From Geosiphon pyriformis uo1 (taxonomy: Eukaryota; Fungi; Glomeromycota), in NCBI GenBank assembly GCA_016748015.1, contig JAAOMT010000239.1, positions 220,356-284,355 on the forward strand: DNA of 64,000 bases. Reading direction: 5' to 3'. This document shows, in pieces, positions 63,261 to 64,000 of the stretch. Under the pieces are notes generated by a model. It was given only the letters and a program-made list of their open reading frames with translations, searched no databases and was not told where the DNA came from. A program made the position numbers and the translations under genes. The number at the start of each line of letters is the position of its first letter. The stretch's first letter is position 1.

Positions 63261-64000
63261 GCGTGCTAAGGTTTATTTGGAGACATCCTGGCTCAAAATT
63301 GCTCGTCAGTGGGGTTGGATCGGTCGAGTAAGACCAGTTAAGATCGGATGGGACACTTTGTCAATGTGTACACGAATTACCCAGCGATAGTTATAATAGA
63401 CAACTTGGAAAATGACAACTTTGCCACAATTTTAACATGTGCCCGGTAATTTTTATAATGAACGGCCTTGATTTTTTTTACTTGTCCTTTTTAGGACCTG
63501 GCAATTTTCGGTATTCAGTTCTGCCAACGAATTATAATGTGCAATTTTTACTGGCGATATAATGGAAGATGACAAGGAATATAATAACCTTTCAGATAAC
63601 GGATGATCAGGTTAGGTCTTCAAAATAACAAAACAACCAAAATGACATTGACTCAGACCTTTCAAATGACAAAAATGACCAGATCAAAGCTAAAAACTCA
63701 ACTTCAAATATTCAAAATTCTCAAGATGTGTTATCAAGTTTATTTTATCATATTATGTTCTACTGGATCATGGTTATGGTCACAAACCAGAAACAAGTTA
63801 AATTTATTATAAATAACACTTTAACACTAATACATCAAATTATTCAAATAAATTTGTTTGTTAACAGTGTAAAAGCTGTTTTTGTGCCTATAATACAGAT
63901 AAATGTGTTATAAAATGAATGATATGTGATATACAGTCAATGAATATTTGATAAATAATTTTTTCTGCATTTAGTTATTTAACACATGATAAGAATTATT

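Noticed and set aside
63490-64000. Short ORFs at the right edge
   Set aside because: Low complexity, no motif; cannot be assigned within the window.

Overview
AT-rich (roughly three-quarters A+T by eye), intron-containing eukaryotic DNA. Gene content and motifs fit an arbuscular-mycorrhizal-type fungus (Glomeromycotina). The GHG-type lipase-3 relic, extra Myb genes and LINE tail point towards Geosiphon/Ambispora-like lineages; this is inference and no search was run. The window is a birth-and-death cluster of tyrosine-kinase-like (TKL) kinases: three look intact through the kinase domain, one is tail-truncated, two are pseudogenes and one is a fragment. It also holds Sel1-repeat genes, one of them a decayed Sel1-Cys-kinase fusion, arranged twice head-to-head with a kinase. 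Other contents: two Myb/SANT genes (one with a mitochondrial-presequence-like N-terminus and tandem-duplicated exons), a QTYHH-type fatty-acid elongase, a GPI-anchored 8-Cys protein, a decayed secreted Asn/Gly-rich gene, a young 2.9-kb hAT transposon at a Tc1 relic, a 157-bp hAT MITE, and a decayed bacterial-type AAA-ATPase-like gene. No rRNA, tRNA or CRISPR was seen. Splice models were read by hand from GT/GC-AG signals and paralog comparison. The best candidate for an undescribed system is the duplicated Sel1 sensor/TKL kinase head-to-head module, which remains a hypothesis.
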